50,306 nucleotides of DNA, from the NCBI GenBank assembly GCA_964451675.1, contig CAYVIL010000003.1:7585-57890 (forward strand), read 5' to 3'. Origin of the DNA: an uncultured Candidatus Saccharibacteria bacterium (GTDB lineage: Bacteria; Patescibacteriota; WWE3; JAUXAW01; CAYREW01). Numbering within the stretch: position 1 is the stretch's first letter; every line of letters begins with the position of its first letter. The position numbers and the translations under genes are program-made. The notes beneath the pieces are model-generated. The model saw only the letters and a program-made list of their open reading frames with translations, did no database searches and had not been told where the DNA came from. Shown here one piece after another: positions 1 to 8,531 of the stretch.

Positions 1-456
1 AGTTTCCCCTTCTGCAGACGGATTTGTGGCTAAAATCATTTCCCTAATAGTAACATCACCCTCCAACCGGTCCATCAAATGGGTAATCCGCAGATCCTCT
101 GGTCTAACATTGTTTAAAGGGTCTATTAAACCGTGTAAAACGTGATATAAACCCTTGTATTCCCCGCTTCGCTCAATAGTTAGCACATCTAATACATCCT
201 CTACAACACAAATTACTGCAGAATCTCGTTCCGACGAGGAGCAAATACTACAGGGGTCTTTTACATCTACATTATGACAGTAAGAGCATTCAACAGTCTT
301 CCTTTTCAAATCGGCTACAGAAGTAGCTAAAAAATCAAGTTCCTCCTGAGGAACATGAAGCAAGTAAAAAGTTAACCGGGCAGCAGTTTTCGGTCCTATC
401 CCGGGCAACCGCTCCAGTGCGTTAATCAAATTAGAAATAGGTTTTGGAAGGTTCAT
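1..456 (-). CDS. recR: Recombination protein RecR (partial; C-terminus runs off the left edge)
   Basis: Absent from the ORF track because it is edge-truncated. Hand translation of the minus strand from the ATG at 456-454 gives MNLPKPISNLINALERLPGIGPKTAARLTFYLL (helix-hairpin-helix), CSYCHNVDVKDPCSICS (C4 zinc finger) and VICVVEDVLDVLTIERSGEYKGLYHVLHGLI (Toprim). It lies directly downstream of dnaX. Confidence 0.9.
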   Translation of the reverse strand, partial: MNLPKPISNLINALERLPGIGPKTAARLTFYLLHVPQEELDFLATSVADLKRKTVECSYCHNVDVKDPCSICSSSERDSAVICVVEDVLDVLTIERSGEYKGLYHVLHGLIDPLNNVRPEDLRITHLMDRLEGDVTIREMILATNPSAEGET

Positions 457-461
457 TATTT

Positions 462-2027
462 TTAGTCTAAAAGAGGGTCACCATTGAAAACATCCGCGGG
501 CTTTTTTCTACCATTATCATCACTAACAGTACTAGCTACAGAATCAGTAGAGTATTTAGCTTCATTTTTTGTCTTGGACTGCTTTTTACTGCTAGATTTA
601 GAAGCTAGTACACACTTAATTTTACGGGGCGAACCCAACACATCAGCCACAACTTTTTCAATAATACTTCTATTCCGGGTCAGTTCCAATTGGTCTTTAT
701 GAAATCTGTAAAAAACCTCCAGCACTAACGTTTTCTCCTCTAATTTTTTTGGGCGAGCTGACTTGAGCAAAGCTTCTATAGAATGATTTAAAGGGCGGAT
801 TCTCTCTAACACAGCAGGCCATTGAGGCACAATCTCGGAATTAGCAGAAGAATTCTCTCCCACATTTCCTACCTTCTCGGGGTTTTTAACCGGCTCAGCT
901 TGATAACCGGTATCTTCAACAAAATTATTACCTGTAACCGCGCTCTTGCCCGAAGCACGGGAAAAAGTGTCAGACAAACCAAAATTCACAAGCGCAATCT
1001 CCAGAGGAAGTTGAGGTATAACTGCATAACGCATATCCGTATAAGCATCTACCAAAAGTTCAATAAATTTTAGCAATGGATTTCTTCCCAAAGCGCTAGC
1101 CTGCGCTACCATTTTTTGGTAATCCTCCTCTCCAGCCTCTACCAATTCTTCGCCCGCTCCAGCCTGAATAAATAGTAAATCACGCAAGTAGTTGATCAAA
1201 TACTCTGTAAAAACAGAAATATTACCACCAGAATCAACAATCTGATTTACATAATGCAATGCACCGGCTGTATCATTTTCCAATACAAGCTGAACCAAAG
1301 TCGAAACATCTGCTTGACTAGAAACCAGCTCTTTAACCTCTATACCAGAAACAACAACCTCCTCTAGCAAAGTCTCGGCATCTCTGTAACCACCCTTGGC
1401 AGACTTGGCTATGCTTTGCAACTCTTCCTTAGATAAATTGTAATTCTCCTGCTCACATATATATTCAAGCTTCATTACAATATTGCCAGTTCCGGCCCGA
1501 GAAAATTCAAGGGTCTGGCAGCGGGAGTGTATAGTGGGTGGTACACGTTGCGGTTCTGTTGTACAGAGAACAAAAATGGCGTGCTCCGGGGGCTCTTCTA
1601 AAGTTTTCAAAAGAGCATTAAATGCCTCTCTTGTAAGCATATGGACCTCATCAATAACATATACTTTGTAGTTAGCTATATTCGGTACTAAACCAACTTG
1701 CTCACGTAAAGAACGTATATCATCTATACCTCTATTGGAGGCCGCATCCATCTCAATTAAATCCAAATTCCTCCCTTCTTGAATTGCAACACAAGAATCG
1801 CATTCACCACAAGGCTCACCGTACTCTTCACCTTGACCTAAATTCCTGCAGTTAACAGCTTTAGCCAACAACCTAGCCGTGGTAGTTTTACCTGTACCAC
1901 GGGGTCCGTGGAAAAGATAAGCATGCCCCACCTTACCCTTGTAAACCGCCTTACGGATAACTTCGGCTACGTTCTCCAACCCAAAAAGCTGACTGAATTT
2001 CTGTGGCCTATATTTTAAATAAAACAT
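462..2027 (-). CDS. dnaX: DNA polymerase III subunit gamma/tau
   Basis: N-terminus KYRPQKFSQLFGLENV, Walker A GPRGTGKTT, zinc module CGECDSC, DEVHML box and SRCQ sensor motif. 521 aa. Confidence 0.95.
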   Translation of the reverse strand: MFYLKYRPQKFSQLFGLENVAEVIRKAVYKGKVGHAYLFHGPRGTGKTTTARLLAKAVNCRNLGQGEEYGEPCGECDSCVAIQEGRNLDLIEMDAASNRGIDDIRSLREQVGLVPNIANYKVYVIDEVHMLTREAFNALLKTLEEPPEHAIFVLCTTEPQRVPPTIHSRCQTLEFSRAGTGNIVMKLEYICEQENYNLSKEELQSIAKSAKGGYRDAETLLEEVVVSGIEVKELVSSQADVSTLVQLVLENDTAGALHYVNQIVDSGGNISVFTEYLINYLRDLLFIQAGAGEELVEAGEEDYQKMVAQASALGRNPLLKFIELLVDAYTDMRYAVIPQLPLEIALVNFGLSDTFSRASGKSAVTGNNFVEDTGYQAEPVKNPEKVGNVGENSSANSEIVPQWPAVLERIRPLNHSIEALLKSARPKKLEEKTLVLEVFYRFHKDQLELTRNRSIIEKVVADVLGSPRKIKCVLASKSSSKKQSKTKNEAKYSTDSVASTVSDDNGRKKPADVFNGDPLLD

Positions 2028-2032
2028 TTTTG

Positions 2033-2281
2033 CTAAATTATCTCGGAATTAGCCAGAAGATTCTTAAAACCATGCTCTAACCATCGCATAACTTCCTTCT
2101 CTGAATACTCAAAAACAGAACGGACTAAAATATCACCCAATAAAAACCTGTTGTCAGAAAGGCGCTGGTCGTAGTTAAAGCTTAATACGTAAGGGGTTTC
2201 GTCTTTTTTTGCATAAGTACGGCTTAGTTCCCGCATATGATCTTTACCAGTTGCAAAAACACCAACAGCTAATTTTGCCAT
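2033..2281 (-). CDS. Hypothetical small protein (82 aa), no recognisable motif
   Basis: Intact ORF packed between yqeY-like (13-nt overlap) and dnaX (5-nt gap) on the same strand. I recognise no family. Confidence 0.45.
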   Translation of the reverse strand: MAKLAVGVFATGKDHMRELSRTYAKKDETPYVLSFNYDQRLSDNRFLLGDILVRSVFEYSEKEVMRWLEHGFKNLLANSEII

Positions 2282-2718
2282 CCCAGTTGCTCCCTAACAA
2301 TTTTATTTACCTCCGAACCGCTGTAGCGTCCACGAACTTCAGGCATAACTTTACCCATAACACGTCCTAAGTCTTTCAAGCCGCTTGCATCTATCTCCTC
2401 AACAACCCGCGATACAATCTTTTTAACTTCTTCTCTGGACAAAGGCTCTGGTAAATATTCCTGAAGAACTTCCATCTGCGCCCTCTCTTTATCAGCCAAA
2501 TCAACTCTCCCAGCACGAGAAAACTGGTTAATTGAATCTTGATGCTTATCGACCTGCTTTTGAATAATCTGTAACACAGTGTCTTCCGAAAGCGGCTCTT
2601 TTTGCGCAATCTCATTATTCCGGATTTCAGCTGTAGCCATTCTCAAAGCAGAGATTCTATGTTTATCGCGGTTTTTTATCGCTTCTCTAAGATCTTGCTG
2701 AATCTGTTTAACTAGCAT
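2269..2718 (-). CDS. GatB/YqeY domain protein
   Basis: LVKQIQQDLREAIKNRDKHRISALRM...LQEYLPEPLS..EV..IV is typical of the YqeY family. I start it at the internal ATG (2718), preceded by GAGGA. The longer track start would overlap rpsU. Confidence 0.85.
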   Translation of the reverse strand: MLVKQIQQDLREAIKNRDKHRISALRMATAEIRNNEIAQKEPLSEDTVLQIIQKQVDKHQDSINQFSRAGRVDLADKERAQMEVLQEYLPEPLSREEVKKIVSRVVEEIDASGLKDLGRVMGKVMPEVRGRYSGSEVNKIVREQLGWQN

Positions 2719-2908
2719 AACGGTTTCCTCTTCTAATTTTATGCTCTTTGAGCTTACGTTCTTTCTTTTTAACGACAGACGGGGGCTCATAGTATTCTCT
2801 TTTCTTCAACTCATCAATAATACCAGCGCGATGTACCTCGCGATTAAAACGCCGCAATGCTTGCTCAATTGGTTCACCTTCACGTACTTCTACTTCTACT
2901 AAAGGCAT
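2708..2908 (-). CDS. rpsU: 30S ribosomal protein S21
   Basis: MPLVEVEVREGEPIEQALRRFNREVHRAGIIDELKKREYYEPPSVVKKKERK. The ATG at 2908 is preceded by AGGAGGTG. rpsU followed by yqeY is a common pairing. Confidence 0.9.
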   Translation of the reverse strand: MPLVEVEVREGEPIEQALRRFNREVHRAGIIDELKKREYYEPPSVVKKKERKLKEHKIRRGNRYAS

Positions 2909-2989
2909 TAAAACAAAAACACCTCCTATCAAATAAAAAATTAAATCTAAATAATTATTCTCTCCAAAAAAAAGCAGACAACTCTAGAA

Positions 2990-3322
2990 CTACTGCTCTA
3001 AACCCCCCATTATGTGTATATGCTCATGCTCAAAGTGGTTGTACCCCGCACCATTATTAACTATTTTGTAACCAGAGCTATCCAACCCTAATTTTTGGAT
3101 TGCTTTACTGCAAGCAGCAAGCATTTTATCCCAGTACGCTGGGTGCTGCCCTGCCAAAGTATCTTCCTTTTCACGGTGCTCCTTATCTACAACTAAAACA
3201 TGTACAGGCGCTTCCGGATACTTGTTTTCAATAACAAGAAAATCCTCTGTCTCTAGAATCTTCTTGGAGGGCTCATCACCAGCTACAATTTTGCACAGTA
3301 AACAGTTGTTAGATATTTTCAT
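2990..3322 (-). CDS. HIT family (histidine triad) nucleotide hydrolase
   Basis: C-terminal HEHIHIMGG histidine triad, 110 aa. Confidence 0.85.
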   Translation of the reverse strand: MKISNNCLLCKIVAGDEPSKKILETEDFLVIENKYPEAPVHVLVVDKEHREKEDTLAGQHPAYWDKMLAACSKAIQKLGLDSSGYKIVNNGAGYNHFEHEHIHIMGGLEQ

Positions 3323-3469
3323 ATTATTTATAGTTTAACTGGGAGCTAGGTAGAGATGCAAGTAGAGCAATTGACTATGAGAATAGTATTTAGCAGTAGG
3401 GTTACATATAAATCAGCAAAAAGCCTAAAATACAAGAATTTATCCTACTTTAAAAAAATAAACATACTG

Positions 3470-5170
3470 CTACTGAGTTAGCAGACTTATTATATCTGTA
3501 GAACTGCAAATGCGCGGTTCATCACTATCTCTCCGCTTTAATTCTATACCGCCACTTTCCAACGATTTTTCACTCACAATCGCACGCCAAGGTATGCCAA
3601 GTAGATCTGCATCTTTCAGTTTTACTCCCGCGGACACGTCACTACGATCGTCGAAGAGTATATCCAAACCAGCCTCCAATAAAGTTTTGTATACCTGATC
3701 AGCTTCATTTTTTATATCTGGAACATTACCATCAAGAGAAAGTAGACATACTTGAAAAGGTGCTACACTGCATGGCCACACAATTCCTTTACTATCACAG
3801 TGTACTTCTACTATAGCTGCGAGTGCTCTTTCTATACCAATACCATATGCACCCATCCACAATAGCTTTTGTTGTCCGTTTTCATCAATAAAAACCCCCT
3901 CCTGAGGTGCTGTATAAAAAAGGTCTTGTTTAAAACAATGCCCAAACTCAATACCTTTCCGTGCTTGCAAGCGTCCCTGTCTGCACTTGGGACAAAGATT
4001 ACCTTCTTCCGCAACTGCAATATCCGCTAAGTCAGCATATTCAAAATCACGACCGTAGTTAACATTTGTTGTGTCTGTCTTTTCCATTTTATGACCCCCT
4101 ATAAAGTTTTTCACCTTAGCAAGTCCATAATCTCCAACAGACTGGACCCCTTCAATTCCCCAAGAATGAACGTACCCAGGCTTAGTTCCTAATTTGAACA
4201 AATCATGCTCTGTGGCTGGCTCTATAGAAGCAGTTCCTAAATGGCGCTTTAGTTTAGATTCATTAACCTCTTGATCCCCACGCAAAGAAGCGATCACTAT
4301 ATTGTTATTAGCAGTCTTGTAAACAACGTTTTTTAAATAGCGCCACCGAGGCTGTCCGTAATGCTTAACATTATCATCCATAGTTTTAACCCATGTGGGC
4401 TGCTCCACAACTTCTAGTTCACGCACCTCCTCACTCTTATTCAATTCTTCCCTAACAAAAGTTGCGATTTCCTCGCTGGCTGCATAATCGCAGCGATCAC
4501 AGGTAAAAAAACGGGACTCCCCTACTTCACAAGGAACTATAAATTCATGACTAAAATCACCACCAATTGCACCACTACCAGCTTCAACTGGTATAACCTC
4601 TAAATGCAGTCGTTCTGCAATCTTTAAATAGGAATTGTAAAATCGCTTATAAACTTCCAAAGAGTGCTCTTCATCACTACAAAATGAATATGCATCTTTC
4701 ATCATAAACTCACGAAGTCTGAGTAACCCACCGCGCGGTCTTTTCTCATCCCTAAATTTGCGGCTGAATTGGTAAATTAAAATTGGTAGATCTTTATAGC
4801 TGGGAGAAAACTTCTTCACTAATTCAACCATCATACCTTCTGCTGTGGCACCAAGGGCAAAAGTAGCACCCTGATGGTCTTCCACTAAGAGCATTAAATC
4901 ACCGAAAGCTTGATCACGATTAGTCCTTTTCCAAATATCAATAAGATGTAAAGTAGGAACAAGCACGCGTTGGCAGTTAATGCTAGACATTTCCTCTTCA
5001 ATTATGGAAATAATTTTCTTCCAAACCAGTTGCCCAAGAGGCAAAATTGAATAGCGCCCAGAACTCATCATTCTAATATAGCCGGCGCGGTGTAGTAATT
5101 TATGGCTGGGCACTACAGCATCTGAAGGAGGGTTGTGCACCGTGTGCCCGAAAGAGCGAGAATATCTCAT
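3470..5170 (-). CDS. proS: Prolyl-tRNA synthetase (bacterial type with insertion domain)
   Basis: Class II motifs FRDEKRPRGGLLRLREF and GAYGIGIERA. 566 aa. Position after rseP matches the Bacillus-type cluster. Confidence 0.95.
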   Translation of the reverse strand: MRYSRSFGHTVHNPPSDAVVPSHKLLHRAGYIRMMSSGRYSILPLGQLVWKKIISIIEEEMSSINCQRVLVPTLHLIDIWKRTNRDQAFGDLMLLVEDHQGATFALGATAEGMMVELVKKFSPSYKDLPILIYQFSRKFRDEKRPRGGLLRLREFMMKDAYSFCSDEEHSLEVYKRFYNSYLKIAERLHLEVIPVEAGSGAIGGDFSHEFIVPCEVGESRFFTCDRCDYAASEEIATFVREELNKSEEVRELEVVEQPTWVKTMDDNVKHYGQPRWRYLKNVVYKTANNNIVIASLRGDQEVNESKLKRHLGTASIEPATEHDLFKLGTKPGYVHSWGIEGVQSVGDYGLAKVKNFIGGHKMEKTDTTNVNYGRDFEYADLADIAVAEEGNLCPKCRQGRLQARKGIEFGHCFKQDLFYTAPQEGVFIDENGQQKLLWMGAYGIGIERALAAIVEVHCDSKGIVWPCSVAPFQVCLLSLDGNVPDIKNEADQVYKTLLEAGLDILFDDRSDVSAGVKLKDADLLGIPWRAIVSEKSLESGGIELKRRDSDEPRICSSTDIISLLTQ

Positions 5171-5284
5171 TGCTGTTGCATTTTAACCAACAAAGTGAGG
5201 TGTAGCAAGAATTAGCTAAAAAAGTACCAAATATAAAAACCTCGCGGGAAACTGTTCCAGAATCACTCCCCACCTAGACAGATT

Positions 5285-6325
5285 TTAAAATAGTCCTGCA
5301 ACGTCTTTAGCTGTAATTGCAAGAAAAAGAACAATCAATAAAATAAACCCAATTTGGTTTATACGTGATTTCCACCTTGGATCAATATCACAACCTAACA
5401 AGGTCTCTATAGAAACAAACAGTAGCCTTCCTCCATCTAAAGCAGGAATCGGAAGGAGATTAAAAATAACTAAATTCAAACTTAAAATGGCAATAAATTG
5501 CAGTAAAAAAGCTAATCCCCACGAGGCAGCTGCACCTGTCAGTTGATAAATGCCGACTATACCCGTAACTCCTTGCGGGACTTCTTGCTCAATAAAAAAA
5601 TCACGTAGCGTTAGGAAAAACCCGCGTAGTGTCTGAACTAAAATGTAGGTAGCTTGTCTAAAAGCACGCCAAGGAGCTCTATACCAGCTTACTTTCTCAA
5701 AAACAACATCTCCTTGAGTACTAATAACAACCCCTAACGCGCCCTGTCCTTCTGGGGGGTTTGCACGGGGCACTAGATGCACAGTCTTTGCTTTGCCCTC
5801 GGGAGTTTCTACAACAAGAGGTACTTTTCTACCTGCATACTGCTCACTCTTATCAACAAGCTGCCCAGCTACAAGTAAATCTTCACCAGCAAACTTCTTA
5901 ATAGTCATCCCAGAAATGATACCTGCTTTCGCTGCTGGCGAATCTAGAGCAACTTCCTGCACAGTAACTTCGGCTTCAAAAGCGGGATTACCTACAGAAA
6001 AAAGTACTACCAAAATAAACCAAGCAATCATAAAATTGCCAACAACCCCAGACACCAGAATAACTATTTTTTTAAACGGGTCTTGAGCTTGGAAGCCAAT
6101 TTTCTTTCCCGAATCCTCTCCTTCCAAACGAACAAAACCCCCAAGAGGCAAAAGATTAATTGAATATTCAGTTTCGCCAATTCTTTTGCTCCAAATCCGG
6201 GGGGGTATACCAAAACCAAACTCTTCGACAGTAACACCAAAAAGCTTAGCAGTAATAAAATGCCCAAATTCATGAACAAATACAAGAACAGATAAAACTG
6301 GTATGAAAATTAGTATGGTAGGCAT
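5285..6325 (-). CDS. rseP: RIP zinc metalloprotease RseP/RasP (M50 with PDZ)
   Basis: HEFGHF zinc site, a central PDZ-like segment, NLLPIPALDGG motif and multiple TM helices. Confidence 0.9.
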   Translation of the reverse strand: MPTILIFIPVLSVLVFVHEFGHFITAKLFGVTVEEFGFGIPPRIWSKRIGETEYSINLLPLGGFVRLEGEDSGKKIGFQAQDPFKKIVILVSGVVGNFMIAWFILVVLFSVGNPAFEAEVTVQEVALDSPAAKAGIISGMTIKKFAGEDLLVAGQLVDKSEQYAGRKVPLVVETPEGKAKTVHLVPRANPPEGQGALGVVISTQGDVVFEKVSWYRAPWRAFRQATYILVQTLRGFFLTLRDFFIEQEVPQGVTGIVGIYQLTGAAASWGLAFLLQFIAILSLNLVIFNLLPIPALDGGRLLFVSIETLLGCDIDPRWKSRINQIGFILLIVLFLAITAKDVAGLF

Positions 6326-6446
6326 AAAAAGTGAGGTAATTTCTTCAAATGGCGTTGGTAAGTTTTAGAGAAAGATATACCTAACTAAAAGTGGCTGTTT
6401 CACCAGCTAAAATGCAAATGCACCCTTTCCCCTAATAAACAGCTCC

Positions 6447-6995
6447 TCATTGCATAATCGCCTGCTTTTTCTTTTCGCCTAAATCTTTAATCTGCTTATC
6501 GATTTCTTTTGCCAACTCATCAACTTTCTCCAACCAACGAAATTTCTGATCTTCGCCTGTTAGGCCCTCTTTTTCTTGGGTCTTTATCTCTTTACGAATA
6601 TCATCTCGCGTATATCTCATTCTAACCCTGGCATCTTCTACTTTTTCTCCTATTAGACGGGCTATTTCCTCACGCCTCTCTTCGCTAAGAGGAGGTAGAA
6701 ATATTCTAATAATAGGATCATCAACTACAGAACTGAAGCGGTCTCTCTGCTTCGCTAACGCTTTCTCTATTGCAGGTATAACAGACTTGTCCCAAGGTTG
6801 AACTACTATTTGGCGGGGTTCTGGAGTAGTCAACGTAGCCAACTCTTGTAAAGGTAGCGGTACACCTTCGTAAGCATCCACCTGAATATTAGCTACCATA
6901 CCGGTTGTAGCCCTACCAACACGGATTGTTGACAACTCTTCCTTTAACCAACTAATAGATTGAGCTAAACGTGTTTTTATTTTACTTTCATCCAT
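6447..6995 (-). CDS. frr: Ribosome recycling factor
   Basis: LSTIRVGRATTGMV...QVDAYG-type N-terminus and the charged C-terminal helix of RRF. 182 aa. Its start overlaps the tsf stop. Confidence 0.95.
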   Translation of the reverse strand: MDESKIKTRLAQSISWLKEELSTIRVGRATTGMVANIQVDAYEGVPLPLQELATLTTPEPRQIVVQPWDKSVIPAIEKALAKQRDRFSSVVDDPIIRIFLPPLSEERREEIARLIGEKVEDARVRMRYTRDDIRKEIKTQEKEGLTGEDQKFRWLEKVDELAKEIDKQIKDLGEKKKQAIMQ

Positions 6996-7456
6996 TATTG
7001 ATCCCCTATAGCATACCGTTTGAATCGCCGCACCACAATGTTTTCACCTAAGGAAGATATTGCCTCTGCGAGCAAAGTTTTTACCGACCTGCTAGTATCC
7101 TTGATAAACTCTTGTTCCATAAGCTGATCCACTGATTCAGGATTTGTTGCAGCAACTTGCATTGCTAAATCATAGGCGAGATTTTGAAATGCTTCTGTTC
7201 TAGCTACAAAATCCGTTTCACAGCCCAACTCTAGCAAAACACCCATTCTGTTGTCACTATGAATATACGCACTAATCACACCATCGCCAGCCTCACGTAC
7301 CGCTTTTTCCTTCGCAAGCTCCAAACCTTGCTTTAGCAAGATTTCTTTAGCTTCTGTCATATCTCCACCAGCATCTACTAATGCTCGTCGGCAATCCATA
7401 ACACCGGCGTTGGTTTCCTCTCTTAATTTTTTTAGATTGTCTAGATCAACTTCCAT
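6995..7456 (-). CDS. tsf: Elongation factor Ts, unusually short form (153 aa)
   Basis: LKKLREETNAGVMDCRRALVDAGGDMTEAKEIL (UBA-like N-domain), CETDFVART and GENIVVRRF motifs. Translationally coupled to rpsB and frr. Confidence 0.85.
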   Translation of the reverse strand: MEVDLDNLKKLREETNAGVMDCRRALVDAGGDMTEAKEILLKQGLELAKEKAVREAGDGVISAYIHSDNRMGVLLELGCETDFVARTEAFQNLAYDLAMQVAATNPESVDQLMEQEFIKDTSRSVKTLLAEAISSLGENIVVRRFKRYAIGDQ

Positions 7457-8364
7457 TACGCGCTCCTCCCCAAAATAATTGCATCTGCTAAAGTTTGCAT
7501 AAGAAGCTGTATAGAAGTACGGGAGTCATCGTTCCCTGGTACTGGATAATCAACTAAAGTTGGGTCAAAATTAGAATCAACAACAGCCACAGTGGAAACG
7601 CCAACAGCTTTCGCTTCCTGGATAGGTGTTTTTGATTTACGAGCGCTAGATAACACTAATACATCTGGGATTCTCTCCATCCCTACCAAACCACCATATA
7701 AGCGATCCAAACGCTCAATTTGTTTATCAATCATAAGTATCTCTTTCTTCGTCAAATCTTGAAAAAAACCTTCGGATCTTTTCTCCTTTAAATCAGTTAA
7801 TTTTTGCCAATTCTTGCTTACTACTGAAAAGTTCGTAAGCAGGCCTCCTATCCAGCGATCAGTTATATAATAAACCTCAGATTTCTCTGCTGACTCACGA
7901 ACTATTTTCCGCGACTGCCTTTTAGTACCAACAAAAAGAAACGTTGAGCCGTTAGCCGCCTCTTTATATAAAAAGCGTGCTGCAATTTTTAGACAGTCAA
8001 GTGTTTGACCCAAATCAAAAATATCAAATCCCTTTTCAGTAGCGAAAAGGTATTTTTCTGCTGCAGGGTGCCAGCGCCGGTGTTGATGACCAAAATGAAT
8101 CCCTGCCTCAATAAGCGCCTCGATACCTGGAATACTCAAAGACGCATTGCTCTCCTCTTTCGAAGTACTTTCATCAGCAGATAACGCCTCATCAGCCCCC
8201 ATAGCAGCTTTTATAAGTTCCTCTGCAGTTTTTTCACCAATCCCATCAAGTTCTAAAAGTTCTTCTTTAGTTCTTTTTTTCAGTCCAGACAAAGTAACAA
8301 TTCCCGCTTTTTTCAACGCATTTTCAGCCCGGGTTGAAATATCTAAATCAGTAATATTCTTCAT
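7456..8364 (-). CDS. rpsB: 30S ribosomal protein S2 with N-terminal helix-hairpin-helix (RpoA alpha-CTD-like) extension
   Basis: S2 core LIEAGIHFGHQHRRWHP...GGLLTNF...VVDSN. The track start is a TTG encoding a hydrophobic peptide, so I use the ATG at 8364 (MKNITDL). No clear SD precedes it, so the start is uncertain. Confidence 0.85.
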   Translation of the reverse strand: MKNITDLDISTRAENALKKAGIVTLSGLKKRTKEELLELDGIGEKTAEELIKAAMGADEALSADESTSKEESNASLSIPGIEALIEAGIHFGHQHRRWHPAAEKYLFATEKGFDIFDLGQTLDCLKIAARFLYKEAANGSTFLFVGTKRQSRKIVRESAEKSEVYYITDRWIGGLLTNFSVVSKNWQKLTDLKEKRSEGFFQDLTKKEILMIDKQIERLDRLYGGLVGMERIPDVLVLSSARKSKTPIQEAKAVGVSTVAVVDSNFDPTLVDYPVPGNDDSRTSIQLLMQTLADAIILGRSA

Positions 8365-8531
8365 AGCAAAAGGAATAATAACATAAGCAGAACAGGACAG
8401 CAAGGAGAGAAGGATACAGTAAAATCCTGTAAACAATCGCTTATTAAAAGTCTTTAACTTTGGTTTTCAAATTCCAAATCTACCCTTGAAACAGGAATTT
8501 TACCCTATTATATTCAACAGAGCAGATAATT

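Noticed and set aside
690-760. A-run slippery sites in dnaX as a gamma/tau frameshift signal: CCA AAA AAA TTA near codon 425, and A AAA AAG sixteen codons before the stop (about 505-517).
   Set aside because: Lys-Lys A-runs are expected by chance in a low-GC gene. I saw no downstream stimulatory hairpin. The second site is too close to the stop to matter. This would only be worth revisiting if proteomics showed two DnaX species.
8365-8436. N-terminal ORF-track extensions starting at TTG or GTG. Examples are rpsB 8436, mreB 16212, mreB2 30648, argS 34688, comEA 38038, sortase 31958 and the surface protein 44344.
   Set aside because: The extensions encode non-conserved peptides. Internal ATG codons give family-typical N-termini, and some remove overlaps with neighbouring genes.
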